This document shows, one piece after another, positions 27,880 to 39,702 of a DNA stretch of 64,000 bases (position 1 is the stretch's first letter; the number at the start of each line of letters is the position of its first letter). This DNA comes from Pristiophorus japonicus. Lineage: Eukaryota. The stretch spans positions 158,410,001 to 158,474,000 of the forward strand of contig NC_091978.1 of the NCBI RefSeq assembly GCF_044704955.1. Direction: 5' to 3'. A model generated the notes under the pieces. The model saw only the letters and a program-made list of their open reading frames with translations. It was not told where the DNA came from and made no database searches. The translations under genes and the position numbers were made by a program.

Positions 27880-28089
27880 CTTCAGGAGAATGTCTGCGGC
27901 TCTCTTCTATCTGTATGTCATGAAGATCCCAGCCCTATCGGGATCAGAGTGCTGCACAGGGGGAGGGTTATCGCCCCAAAGGGAATGGGCTGAACGATAG
28001 GGGTGTTGATCCAGGCTCGGCTGTAAATCCACAGGCACAATGGCATCAGCAGCAGGGCCAGTAGTGTGGAGGAGATGGTCATGATTATA
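27880..28089 (-). pseudogene. SLC10A4: SLC10A4 exon 2, disrupted
   Basis: Reads IIMTISSTLLALLLMPLCLWIYSRAWINTPIVQ...LIPIGLG, then a 1-nt deletion, then IFMTYR*KRAADILLK (TAG 27907-27909). The exon is 210 nt where phase requires 211. Splice sites intact. Confidence 0.92.
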
Positions 28090-28578
28090 CTGTAAAAAGG
28101 AAAGGACAAATAGATCAGAGCAAACTCTGCTGTCAGAGAGCCCAGCTCATTCCCTACTTCTACAGGACCATTGCCCACACAGCCTTTAGCCCGGGCTCCC
28201 GGCACAACAGCTTGGCTCGAGTTCTCGAGACCAGCTTCCAGTTACTGGGAGATAGCTGAGGTACCGGTTTGATACTGGGTTACCGATGGGACGTGAGCCC
28301 AGAGTCCGGCTGCTCATTGCCCGGGCTCGGCCACCTGCAGCCGGCTCCTCTCGCCCTCTGAGTCCGGCCCCGTACACCGCCCCGCTCGCCATTCCGCTCC
28401 TTATTGGAAGGTAGTCTTGGAGTGTTGTTAACTTTTCAGTTCGGTTGCTTTGGCTCAGTTTAATCCGAGCAATCTGATTAAAGGGAGTGGAATGTAATGT
28501 ATGCAATGACCGGCTGACTCGCTACAGGCGAGTTAAGAGACCTCTCAGGCTGGCAACTATGCAGCGAGAGTTAGTTAC

Positions 28579-29049
28579 CTGAGGTTTATTTGGCCGTTGA
28601 CCAGCAGAGACATGATGTTGGAGAGATTCCCACCCGGCAGCAGCCACAGAGCAGCATGGCGATGGCAGACACTTCATTGAGAGAGAAGAGCAGGGCCAAG
28701 GGAAGGCCATCAAAGGCATGATGAGGAACTGCAGAACCCCCACCGGTCTCCTGAGGTGATCCCCAAGGTGGTTGATCTCCATCGTGCAGCTTAGGCCCAG
28801 CATGGTGAAGCACAGGATCGCCCCCACGGACACATTGAGGCGGTGGTTTAGGGCAGAGTCACAAAAAGGGGAGAGTTCACCAGAGTCGCTCAGAGTCGAA
28901 GCTTCTTGGGCCCAGAGGCTGGAGCCTTGCACAGTTGTCTGACCGGTGAAGCCTAGAGCAGTGCTGTTATAGAAGTCAGTGAAATTAGAAATATCTGGGA
29001 GGTCTAATGGGACCCAAGTAACATGTCCCACTGAAGTATGGTTCTCCAT
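28579..29049 (-). pseudogene. SLC10A4: SLC10A4 exon 1, disrupted
   Basis: Reads MENHTS...LNHRLNVSVGAILCFTMLGLSCTMEINHLGDHLRRPVG, then LALLFSLNEVSAIAMLLCGCC and GGNLSNIMSLLVNGQINL in shifted frames. Two 1-nt deletions and an apparent ~15-nt in-frame deletion. Donor AG|GTAACT intact. Confidence 0.9.
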
Positions 29050-29180
29050 CTCGAGCAGCCCAGGCTCTGTCCGTGGCCTCTGTCTGTCTGGTTATAATAA
29101 AGAAAACAACTTCCCTGCTTACTTCGAAAAGGTTCTCTGCCTCGGAGACAACACACGCTCCTGGGCATACTCACGCTGCA

Positions 29181-29255
29181 TTTATATGAGTTGGGTGCAA
29201 TCTCCTTTCCAGTAGACCCATCCACCGATGGTTTCTTCCAGTGGGAGCTTATTGG
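29181..29255 (-). promoter_or_regulatory. SLC10A4 core promoter: TATAAA (29181-29186) and CCAAT (29251-29255)
   Basis: Canonical motifs about 130 and 200 nt upstream of the ATG on the gene strand. Confidence 0.55.
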
Positions 29256-31109
29256 AGAGTAGATAGCCTTCTACCCTATTAAATATGAGCACCAGAAGTC
29301 TGATTAAAGAGAGGATATTAATCTCTCCACGCAGGGCTTTCTCATTACTGATTCCATCATCGATTTGGTCCGTTTTGTATTTATTACTTTGAGGTTTCAA
29401 GTTCTGGAATAGAAATACACAGAATTGAGAAATACGCCAACACATTACTAATGGTATCTGTGAATTCTATTTTTACACCGATTTCTTTAAGACCCATCAA
29501 TATCTTCCCTATATTCCATGTAACGTGTATTTATATGTGTAGGAAGTGCTGATAATGCTGTGTGTGTGTAGGAAGAGAGTCCGGATTATAAGGTTTAGTT
29601 GAGATGATGGAAGCTGGTCACTGAAGTTCTCCAGCGCCCCGTCACATCTACCGCTGTCCTTCAGCTCCTGCCGCAGTCTGGAACGCGCTAGTTAACCCTA
29701 CAATCCCGAAAGGACACAACCCCACATTCTGGTTTGTAAAAAGTAAGACTTCAACTACAGAAAGCGGATTTCTTTTCCAGGAAGTAATTCTTTTTCTCCA
29801 ATGTAAATGTATTTCCCGTCCTTAGGTCTGCCTCCCCGGATACTCACAGAACTATGTGCTCCTGGGTCTTTAGCCGGCACCACAGTACAAGCAGTGACTG
29901 GGGAAGATAGTGCCCTCGGCCACGACCAGCTGCCTTTAAGTTCTCCCACTCGTTCTTCGGAAAAACTCCAAGTGCATCCCCGTTACTCGTGGCTATTAGG
30001 AATTCCGTTTCCCGCTTCTATCCTTCAATTATTAAATAATAATTCATTGAACTTCAAAGTGATTAATCATATGCTGTCTGACCTACTGGAGTATTTCCAG
30101 CATTTTCTGTTTTTATTTACAACTAGAGCATGGATGAAAAGTAGTTTCCTCTTTGCAGTGGGAGGAAAGTTGTGTAAATCCAGAGTCAAGGTTCCATGAC
30201 TGCAGATTGAAGGGGAGAGAGTCTCAGTGGAAAGAAACAAATGAACTTGCATCTATAAAGCGTCTTACCATGTCATCAGGAACTCCCAAAGGCAATGGAT
30301 GGTGTCGGGACAGTTGTTATGAAGGAAGAGGTTCGTTGGATTTTGCTGCGAAGTCAGTTGAAGCAAACTGCTTCTCACCAAAGAAGTCTACAAAATGCAA
30401 TCAGGCTTAAAAAGCAGCAGCGACAAGCTCCTTTTTATGAAACAAAGCCACAAAGAATTCCGATTAGCTCCATTTATTACGGCCATTTATTTTAACATTG
30501 GAGTTACTGGTTTGAAAGGGTTACTGAGCCTAACACCGAGATGGATGCACAGTAGCTCCAGGGATACCGATGTTCCCTACTAATGTTAATTCAATCCCTC
30601 ATGTAGTAAGGTCAGTAACTCCACCGAGGTAGTAGTGCCCTCAATTATCTCATCAGTAATTAGAGCTTTAACAAAAATATTTTAAAACAATGATGGGAAT
30701 CGAACACAATAAAATGCTAATTTATTCAACATTTAATTAAAAGTGACACTGAGAATATATTTTCCCATTTCACGCACTCTGTGTTAAGTACTCCCAGGGC
30801 GGGCAAAGTAGGATCAATTACAGAGTAAAATCCGCTTCTACTCTGTCCCAACCATATGTTTTAGCCCCAACTGCAGGAAAGCGCTCTGTAACGTGTCATT
30901 GTGACATTTTCCACGTCCTATAACCTCTCTCCTATGGCCTTTCTCAACGCCATCTCCACGTCTAGTGCCAGCTCGTGGCAGTTTGTACTGTGTATTAGAA
31001 ACCTCATTGAGACGGACACAAGACTCTTATCAGCAGCAGCAAATGAGAGTTTGTCCTACAGTCGAAGCTGGATTTGAATCCATGTCCCAGAGTTGAAAGA
31101 TCAGTAAAA

Positions 31110-31440
31110 ATAAAGACTTGCATTTATATAACGCCTTTCACGACTACCAGACGTTCCAAAGTGTTTTACAGCCAATGAAGTACTTTTTGAAGTGTAGTCA
31201 CTGTTGTAATGTGGGAAACGCGGCAGCCAGTTTGCACTCAGCAAGCTCCCATCAACAGCAATGCGATAATGACCAGCTAATCTGTTTTTAGTGATGTTAA
31301 TTGAAGGATAAATATTAGCCAGGACACTGGGTATAACTCCCCTGCTCTTCTTCGAAATAGTGCCATGGAATCTTTTACATTTATTTTACATCTATCTGAG
31401 AGCACACTGGGCCTCCGTTTAACATCTCATTCAAAGGCAC
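31110..31440 (-). mobile_element. DeuSINE/SacSINE1-like copy
   Basis: Colinear with 7465-7750. Confidence 0.7.
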
Positions 31441-31826
31441 ACTAGTCCACTGCACTTTTTAATAAGAAGAATCCAAATGATGTACCAGCATGATAAAGGT
31501 TGAAGTTTTCCATGTCACTATCGGCAACTGCTGACCTTCTAACTCCACTTTATTACTTGTTGCCCACTCCTTCTTGTTGTATATGCAGACTATGGATGTA
31601 CTCTCTGTGGAGTCACGGTTTGGTTGCATAAGATGGAGACTTGTTTACCTGATGTACCATCAATAAGTTTACACTGTCATCATCATCATCATCATAGGCA
31701 GTCCCTCCAATCGAGGATGACTTGCTTCCACGCCAAAAAGGAATGAGTTTACAGGTGTTTCAATGAAGGACCTAATATTCCAGATCCCGAACTACATCTT
31801 GAAGGGTGGAAGATGCCTGTGCGTGT

Positions 31827-34810
31827 ATATAAGAACATAAGAATTAGGAACAGTAGTAGGCCATCTAGCCCCTCGAGCCTACTCTGCCATTCAACAAGAT
31901 CATGGCTGATCTGACCCTGGACTCAGCTCCACTTACCCGCCCGCTCCCCGTAACCCTTAATTCCCTTATTGGTTAAAAATCTATCTATCTGTGATTTGAA
32001 TACATTCAATGAGCTAGCCTCAACTTCTTCCTTGGGCAGAGAATTCCACAGATTCACAACCCTCTGGGAGAAGAAATTCCTTCTCAACTCGGTTTTAAAT
32101 TGGCTCCCCCGTATTTTGAGGCTGTGCCCCCTAGTTCTAGTCTCCCCAACCAGTGGAAACAACCTCTCTGCCTCTATCTTGTCGATCCCTTTCATTATTT
32201 TAAATGTTTCTATAAGATCACCCCTCATCCTTCTGAACTCCAACGAGTAAAGACCCAGTCTACTCAATCTACCATCATAAGGTAACCCCCTCATCTGCGG
32301 AATCAGCCTAGTGAATCGTCTCTGTACTCCCTCCAAACCTAGTATATCCTTCCTTAAGAAAGGTGACCAAAACTGCACGCAGTAATCCAGGTGCGACCTC
32401 ACCAATACCCTATACAGTTGCAACAGGACCTCCCTGCTCTTGTACTCCATCCCTCTCGCAATGAAGGCCAACATTCCATTCGCCTTCCTGATTACCTGCT
32501 GCACCTGCAAACTAACTTTTTGGGATTCATGCACAAGGATCATGGCGTACCATCTTGCCGTCCGGAGGAGGCGGGGGTCCCCGATGGAGGGCACTCTACG
32601 CAGGGGTCCTCCCACTATTCATCGGGGACTTGGCCTGGAGGGTGGTGCACGGAGCAGTGCCGTGCAACAAATTTTTAAGCCGGTTCACGGACTCCCAGGC
32701 CGCCTGCAATTTCTGCGGTCTGGAGGAGTCCGTGTTCCATGTTTTTATGGAGTGCACAAGGTTGCAGCCCCTGTTCCATTATTTGAAGGGGCTGCTCCTG
32801 AAATTCTGGCTGCACTTCAGTCCCACTCTCCTGATCTTTGGGCACCCTGTGCGGAGGGGAGCGGGTAGGTCCGAAGGCCTCCTCGTAGGACTGCTCCTGG
32901 GCACGGCCAAGGGTGCCATCAGCCGGTCCAGGCAGCGGGCGGTCGAGGGGGTCGTTCAACCTGACTGCCTGCCTCTCTTCCGCTCTTACATCCGGTCCAG
33001 GGTGTCCTTGGAGATGGAGCACGCGGTGTCCACCGGTACGCTCGCGGCCTTCCGCGAGAGGTGGGCACCGGAGGGACTGGAGTGCATCATCACGCCCGGC
33101 AACCAAATTTTAATTTGATTTTACGTTTTAAAGTTAATTTGTTTTAATTGCCGGTGCTTTTAGTGTCCCCTTCCCTTTTATAGGGGGCACTGGGGAAAAA
33201 TTGTGATTTTAGTGCCCAAAAAAAAAAAAAAGAAAAAACACAAAAAAAAAAGGGGGGGAAAAAAAGGGCCTTGTAAATGTCTGGAGTGTCACCCAGGTCG
33301 GGTGGCACCGTTTAATGTTTTATGTTTTGCAGGTGAACTCCAAAAAGAGTTTCATGCACAAGGACCCCCAGGTCCCTCTGCACCGCAGCATGTTGTAATT
33401 TCTCCCCATTCAAATAATATTCCCTTTTACTGTTTTTTTTTCCAAGGTGGATGACCTCACATTTTCCGACATTGTATTCCATCTGCCAAACCTTAGCCCA
33501 TTCGCTTAACCTACCCAAATCTCTTTGCAGCCTCTCTGTGTCCTCTACACAACCTGCTTTCCCACTAATCTTTGTGTCATCTGCAAATTTTGTTACACTA
33601 CACTCTGTCCCCTCTTCCAGGTTATCTATGTATATTGTAAACAGTTGTGGTCCCAGCACCGATCCCTGTGGCACACCACTAACCATCGATTTCTAACCCG
33701 AAAAAGACCCATTTATCCCGACTCTCTGCCTTCTGTTAGCTAGCCAATTCTCTATCCATGCTAATATATTTCCTCTGACTCCGCGTACCTTTATCTTCTG
33801 CAGTAACCTTTTGTGTGGCACCTTATTGAATGCCTTTTGGAAATCTAATTACACCACATCCATCGGTACACCTCTATCCACCATGTTCGTTATATCCTCA
33901 AAGAATTCCAGTAAATTAGTTAAATATGATTTCCCCTTCATGAATCCATGCTGCGTCTGCTTGATTGCACTATTCCTATCTAGATGTCCCGCTATTTCTT
34001 CCTTAATGATAGCTTTAAGCATTTTCCCCACTACAGATGTTAAACTAACCGGCCTATAGTTACCTGCCTTTTGTCTGCCCCCTTTTTTAAACAGAGGCGT
34101 TACATTAGCTGCTTTCCAATCCGCTGGTACCTCCCCAGAGTCCAGAGAATTTTGGTAGATTATAACGAATGCATCTGCTATAACTTCCGCCATCTCTTTT
34201 AATACCCTGGGATGCATTTCATCAGGACCAGGGTACTTGTCTACCTTGAATCCCATTAGCCTGTCCAGCACTACCCCGCTAGTGATAGTGATTATCTCAA
34301 GGTCCTCCCTTCCCACATTCCCGTGACCAGCAATTTTTGGCATGGTTTTTGTGTCTTCCACTGTGAAGACCGAAGCAAAATAATTGTTTAAGGTCACAGC
34401 CATTTCCACATTTCCTATTATTAAATCCCCCTTCTCATCAACAGGGACCAACATTTACTTTAGTCCCTCTTTTCCGTTTTATATATCGGTAAAAGCTTTT
34501 ACTTTCTGTTTTTATGTTTTGCGCAAGTTTACTTTCATAATCTATCTTTCCTTTCTTTATCGCTTTCTTAGTCATTCTTTGATGTCGTTTAAAATTTTCC
34601 CAATCTGCTAGTTTCCCACTAACCTTGGCCACCTTATACGCATTGGTTTTTAATTTGATACTCTCCTTTATTTCCTTGGTTATCTACGGCTGGTTATCCC
34701 TTCTCTTACTGCCCTTCTTTTTCACTGGAATATATTTTTGTTGAGCACTATGAAAGAGCTCCTTAAAAGTCCTCCACTGTTCCTCAATTGTGCCACCGTT
34801 TGGTCTATGT
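31827..34810 (-). mobile_element. CR1 LINE 3' ~2.2 kb, interrupted by a Tx1-like insertion
   Basis: RT motifs in ORFs 33849-34454, 33312-33686 and 31923-32520. TAAGAACA-type tail at 31829-31845. Confidence 0.9.
32540..33350 (+). mobile_element. 5'-truncated Tx1/L1-clade LINE with a zf-RVT C-terminus
   Basis: GDLAWRVVHGAVP and the CNFCGLEESVFHVFMEC zinc finger. 14-bp TSD TTCATGCACAAGGA at 32526-32539 and 33351-33364. Confidence 0.88.
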
Positions 34811-37800
34811 TCCCAGTTATTTTTTTTAGCATGTGGTGGCCATTGCACAGCCACCACACGGGCTTGACAGAGCTCGGTCTTGGTCCAGTGACAAGGATTA
34901 ACCAAGACGACTGGAGACCAGCTCTGCTACACGGACCGAGCGCGCACACATATAGCAGTGTGGGCTGACCTGTGCTGCCCCTGGGCCCTCACCTCTTACA
35001 GGCCCCAGACTCACGCCTCTCCTGGGCCCTGGTCACTTCCTTCTATAAACTCTTGCCGATCCTTTGTCCTGTTGTGTATATACATTCTGGCACCACTAGA
35101 GGGTGCAACTGGTGGAGACAGGGGGTTTCCTGCCCTGGTGGCAGGGCCCAGTATAAAAGGCTGCACACCATACTTGTGCCTCACTCTGGAGTTTGGAATA
35201 AAGGAGCAAGGTCACTGCATTTTGAGTACAACACATTGTCTCGTGGAGTCATTCATAAGTACATTACAGACAGAATAACTGGCAACGAGAATATGGACTT
35301 TCACATGATTATGGCTACCTTTGGCACACTAAAAGACTTTGCATCAGGTGATGATTGGGATGCCTTCACAGAAAGGCTCGAGCTATATTTCGTGGCAAAC
35401 GATCTGGCAGGGGAGATGGACGCATCGGCGGAGAAGTGCAAGGCTATACTGCTGACCAGTTGTGGGCCCGAGGTCTACTGCCTCATCAGGGACTGGCTGG
35501 CACCCACAAAGGCCAAGGATAAGACATACGATGAGCAGACTGAATGGCACCGTGTGATTTCGGCATGCACCTCAGCGAAGCAGTGCAAGACATCTTCGTT
35601 ATGGGAATTGGCCACGAGGGCCTCCTGCACAAGCTATTATCTGCCGACACCACAGTCAACCTGCAGATGGCCATCATCATCAGTCAGGCATTCATGACCT
35701 CGGCCTGCAGCACCTAGCAAATTATTCAACCTGTGGACTGAACCCCGGCAAGTACTGTACACAGAATGGTGCCTTTCACAGGCAAGACTGTAGAACGTGG
35801 ATCTGCCCAGGGCAGAGAGCACAGACCTCAGGGTTCCAGAACTCAGAGTCCACCCAGGGGTGCTCATCGAGTAGCACCATGCTGGTGTTGCGGAGGAAAC
35901 CATAGGGCTCACCAGTGTCGGTTTGCTGAGTATGTATGCAACTCCTGTAACATGAAGGGCCACCTCCAGCGTATGTATAAAAGAAATGCGACTCACCGTC
36001 TAGCAGAGGAGTCATTAGATGACTTTGAATCCAGCGGGGAGTATGATGATTTGGCCAGAGAGGCAGCTCAGCCCCAAGAAGAAGTGTATGGAGTGTATAC
36101 CTGCACCACCGATTGTCCTCCAGTGAAGATGGAAGTCGAGATAAATGGTGTTCCAGTCTTCATGGAAGTGGACACGGGAGTGAGCCAGTCAATGATGAGC
36201 TAGGATGCCTTTGAGAGGCTATGGAACGAAAAACGACCCAAGCTGGTTCCAGTACAGGAAAAGTTGTGCATCGACACCAAGGAGCTGATCCCAGTCTTTG
36301 GTAGTGCGGGTGTAAGTGTAATCCATAATGGCGTGGTGCACAAGTTACCTCTGTGGATTGTTGCAGGTGATGGTCCAACGCTACTCGGAAGAAGGTGGAT
36401 GGGGAAGATCCAGTTGAAATGGGAAGACCTCTTCACTCCAGCAATCGATGTCCCCCACGCTCAGAGGCAGAGCAAAACCTCACCTTCGCTTGGGCCAGGC
36501 ACCAGAGAACAGACCAGCGCAGCACAGACCATCCATCACGACTGCGTGGCAATGATACGACATGAATGACCTAAAAGTACCTTCCCGGCTCCAGTGGCAG
36601 GACTCCTGGGGAGGAAGATCAAATTCACAGGCACTCTTCCAGCTTTTGTGGCAAAATCGCGGGAGAGATGGATCAAGGCAGTCGACCTCGAGGACAGAGG
36701 CAAGATGGCGTCCCTGATGCAGCGAGGGCCAGCGTGGCTGAAAAAAAAGATGGCCACGGCAATATCATGAGGTGCAACGATGAGAGATCAACACATGGTG
36801 TCTAACAAAGGATTTGACTGGGGTAAAGCCAGCAGGGTTCTCTTAAAGGTGACCTGTAACCAACTGAACTTAAAGAAACATTGTATGCATGGCAGTCAAT
36901 GTAACAAACCGATTAAGATTGTGAACAGAATGTTCTTGCGAATTGTCGGTACTATTCCTAATGTAAAGAACAAAATGTTGTTGCGAGATGTCGGGAATAG
37001 GATGTCCCCAAAAGTAGCAAGCGAATGACCTCAGGAAGGTGAAGGCACTGATCCTGATACCCGGCCTCAGGTATATCCCATGCTGCAGGCACCTGATGGC
37101 ACTATTCGCCACGGACCTGGAAACGAAAATGGTGCCAATACGCGCAGTCGGCCGCCGTTACCCACTACCCGGGTGGAGACGGCGCAGTCCCCAGACCCAG
37201 TCGCTACCCGGCCATGTCTGGGAGCGAAAGATCAGAACCAACGAGTTCCCCAAATGGGACCTGGAACAGCCAGATTCCCAACACCGTTAGAGAGCAGGCA
37301 GAAGATTCTGCAGCCCTCAAAGGACAGGGAGGCCACACACATCTGTGGCTCTGCCCACCACTAAGCAAAGGCCCTGAGTCCTGGCAAGGTGAGCAAACCA
37401 AGCCCATTCCGCTAGCAGGGGGTGCAGCGCCACCATCAGACGACTAAGACCCCATCTGGTTGCTCTGGAACCAGCGTCCTTGCATAACTGTACTGCTACC
37501 TCAGTACTGACCATGACTGAACCATGAATGCAACCTACCCAATCCTGGCGCACGACCGTAAAACGTAACGAATGTAAGTCATTGACTAAGGTGTCACGAT
37601 ACAAACTGTAAACATTTTTCTTCATCCTTTCTTTGTACTTGCACTGTGTCTGATCCTGTATGTTAATGTAACGGGCCAGTTGCATGATCTCGCTGTGGGG
37701 GGTGAATGTATGTAACCATGGACACACACATGGATCACACCCAGAACCCTCTGGAACCTCCACTGCATCATCGAACCATCCAAACTGGTAACCACTACCC

Positions 37801-38527
37801 AACATTGTGGCAAAAGGAATTGGGGGTTAACAGGGAGAGAGCCAAGCCAAAGCACAGCCAAGGTGCAAGGGCTATTGGCACTTAAGTCTGGGGAGAGCTA
37901 AGCCAGAACACATAGTGCAAAGGTAATCGGCACAAAGGACTTGGGGGAGAGTGATGTTGTATATGCAGACTATGGATGTACTCTCTGTGTAGTCACTGTG
38001 TGGTTGCATAAGATGGAGACTTGTTTACCTGAAGTACCATCAATAAGCTTTACACTGTGTATATACAGGCTGGCACCACTAGAGGGTGCAACTGGTGGAG
38101 ACCGGGGGTTTCCTGCCCTAGTGGCAGGGTCCAGTATAAAAGGCTGCACACCATGCTTGTGCCTCACTCTAGAGTTTGAAATAAAGGACTAAGGTCACTA
38201 CAGTTTGAGTGCAACACATTGCCTCGTGGAGTCATTCATAAGTACATTACAGACATAATACTTCTGCTCTACTTTCCAGGCTGTTCTTTCAGCCACAGGA
38301 CAGTGTTTTCTGGAATCTCCATTGCTCTACCTCTCTCGCTGCTTTAAGCCTCTCTCTTTTACCATGCACTCTGGCCCCTGAATCTCATTTCATGCTCGGT
38401 GTCTACCATTTCTCCCTGTGAAGCACTGTCAGAGATTTTGTTATGTTGCAAGTATTATATAAATGCCCATTATTGTGTTTTTCCTTCTCAAATCAAGACT
38501 CTGTTGCTGAATGTCTGCTAGTGAAAT

Positions 38528-39605
38528 CGGCATGGTCCCGTGCTGCAAGACCATCAGCAGGCCAGGGCCATTAGAGGGAGCAGCGTGTGGCGGTACACTA
38601 CTGCAGGGAGCAGCACGTGCTACTGCAGGAGGGTGACGACTGAGTGCAGTGTGGGCAGGTGCAGCAGGAGCGGCGAGGTCGGGGCGAAGGAGCGGCAAGA
38701 GTTCGTAGAGGGATGTGATCGGGGTCCAGGAGAGGCGAGAGTTCGGGACCCAGAAGAGACGAGGGTCCAAGGGCAGCACGGGCCAGCCCACACTGCGATA
38801 TGTGTGCGCACTAGGTCCGTGCAGCAGAGCTGGTCTCCAATCGTCTTTGTTAATCCTTGCCACTGGACCAAGACATAGAAACATAGAAAATAGGTGCAGG
38901 AGTAGGCCATTTGGCCCTTCGAGCCTGCACCGCCATTCAATAAGATCATGGCTGATCATTCCCTCAGTGCCCCTTTCCTGATTTCTCTCCATGCCCCTTC
39001 ATCCCCTTACCTGTAAGGGCCATATCTAACTCCCTCTTGAATATATCCAATGAACTGGCATCAACAACTCTCTGCGGCAGGGAATTCCACAGGTTAACAA
39101 CTCTCTGAGTGAAGAAGTTTCTCCTCATCTCAGTCCTAAATGGCCTACCCCTTATCCTAAAACTATATCCCCTGGTTCTGGACTTGCCCAACATCGGGAA
39201 CATTCTTCCCGCATCTAACCTGTCCAGTCCTGTCAGAATCTTATACGTTTCTATGAGATCCCCTTTCATCCTTCTAAACACCAGTGAATAAAGGCCCAGT
39301 TGATCCAGTCTCTCCTCATATGACAGTCCAGCCATCCCTGGAATTAGTCTGGTGAACCTTCGCTGCACTTCCTCAATAGCAAGAATGTCCTCCCTCAGAC
39401 CTAGCTCTGTCAAGCCCGTGGGGTGGCTGGTGTGCAACGGCCACCACACGTTAAAAGAATCCATGCACAGGCATCTTCCACCCTTCAAGATGTTAGTTTG
39501 GGATCTAGAATATTAGGTCCATCATTGAAACACCTGTGAACTCATCCCTTTTCGGTGTGGAAGCAAGTCATCCTCGATTCGAGGGACTGCCTATGATGAT
39601 GATGA
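38528..39605 (+). mobile_element. Second bipartite RTE-derived element, split by a CR1 3' fragment (38874-~39392, minus strand)
   Basis: GC-rich head, RTE ORF-start remnant, RTE 3' end GTGGAAGCAAGTCATCCTCG...CCTATGATGATGATG. CCAAGAC|CTAGCTCTG continues across the CR1. Confidence 0.8.
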
Positions 39606-39702
39606 GTTGAATATTGGTATTGTGTGTATATATATTACAAAAAATGAAGAATTGTGTTACCTGTCAGATGATGCCTAGTGAGTGTGCTCCAAGACATGAA
39701 TG

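Larger units (their letters stand above)
31678..35070 (-). mobile_element. Bipartite RTE-derived non-autonomous element (pieces 31678-31825 and ~34820-35070) split by CR1
   Basis: The (CAT)n tail and RTE 3' end are joined directly to RTE 5'UTR/ORF-start sequence. Matches 38528-39605. Confidence 0.8.
31575..38260 (+). mobile_element. Non-autonomous Gypsy LTR element (gag-protease only) whose 5' LTR is split by nested insertions
   Basis: 5-bp TSD CTTCT (31570-31574 and 38261-38265). 5' LTR halves at 31575-31677 and ~35072-35278; 3' LTR 37955-38260. PBS TGGCAACGAG at ~35280 and PPT before 37955. Gag with two CCHC knuckles and protease VDTG. No RT or IN motifs seen. Confidence 0.9.

Noticed and set aside
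28186-28506. GC-rich ORF in SLC10A4 intron 1
   Set aside because: No recognisable homology or splice support; more likely a CpG-island-like regulatory sequence.
29650-29670. Possible REST/RE1 site upstream of neuronal SLC10A4
   Set aside because: Only the CGCTGTCC half matches; the other half-site is not in canonical orientation or spacing.
33336-33351. Terminal hairpin resembling a histone mRNA stem-loop
   Set aside because: The resemblance is on the wrong strand and the stem lacks the conserved GG/CC base pairs.
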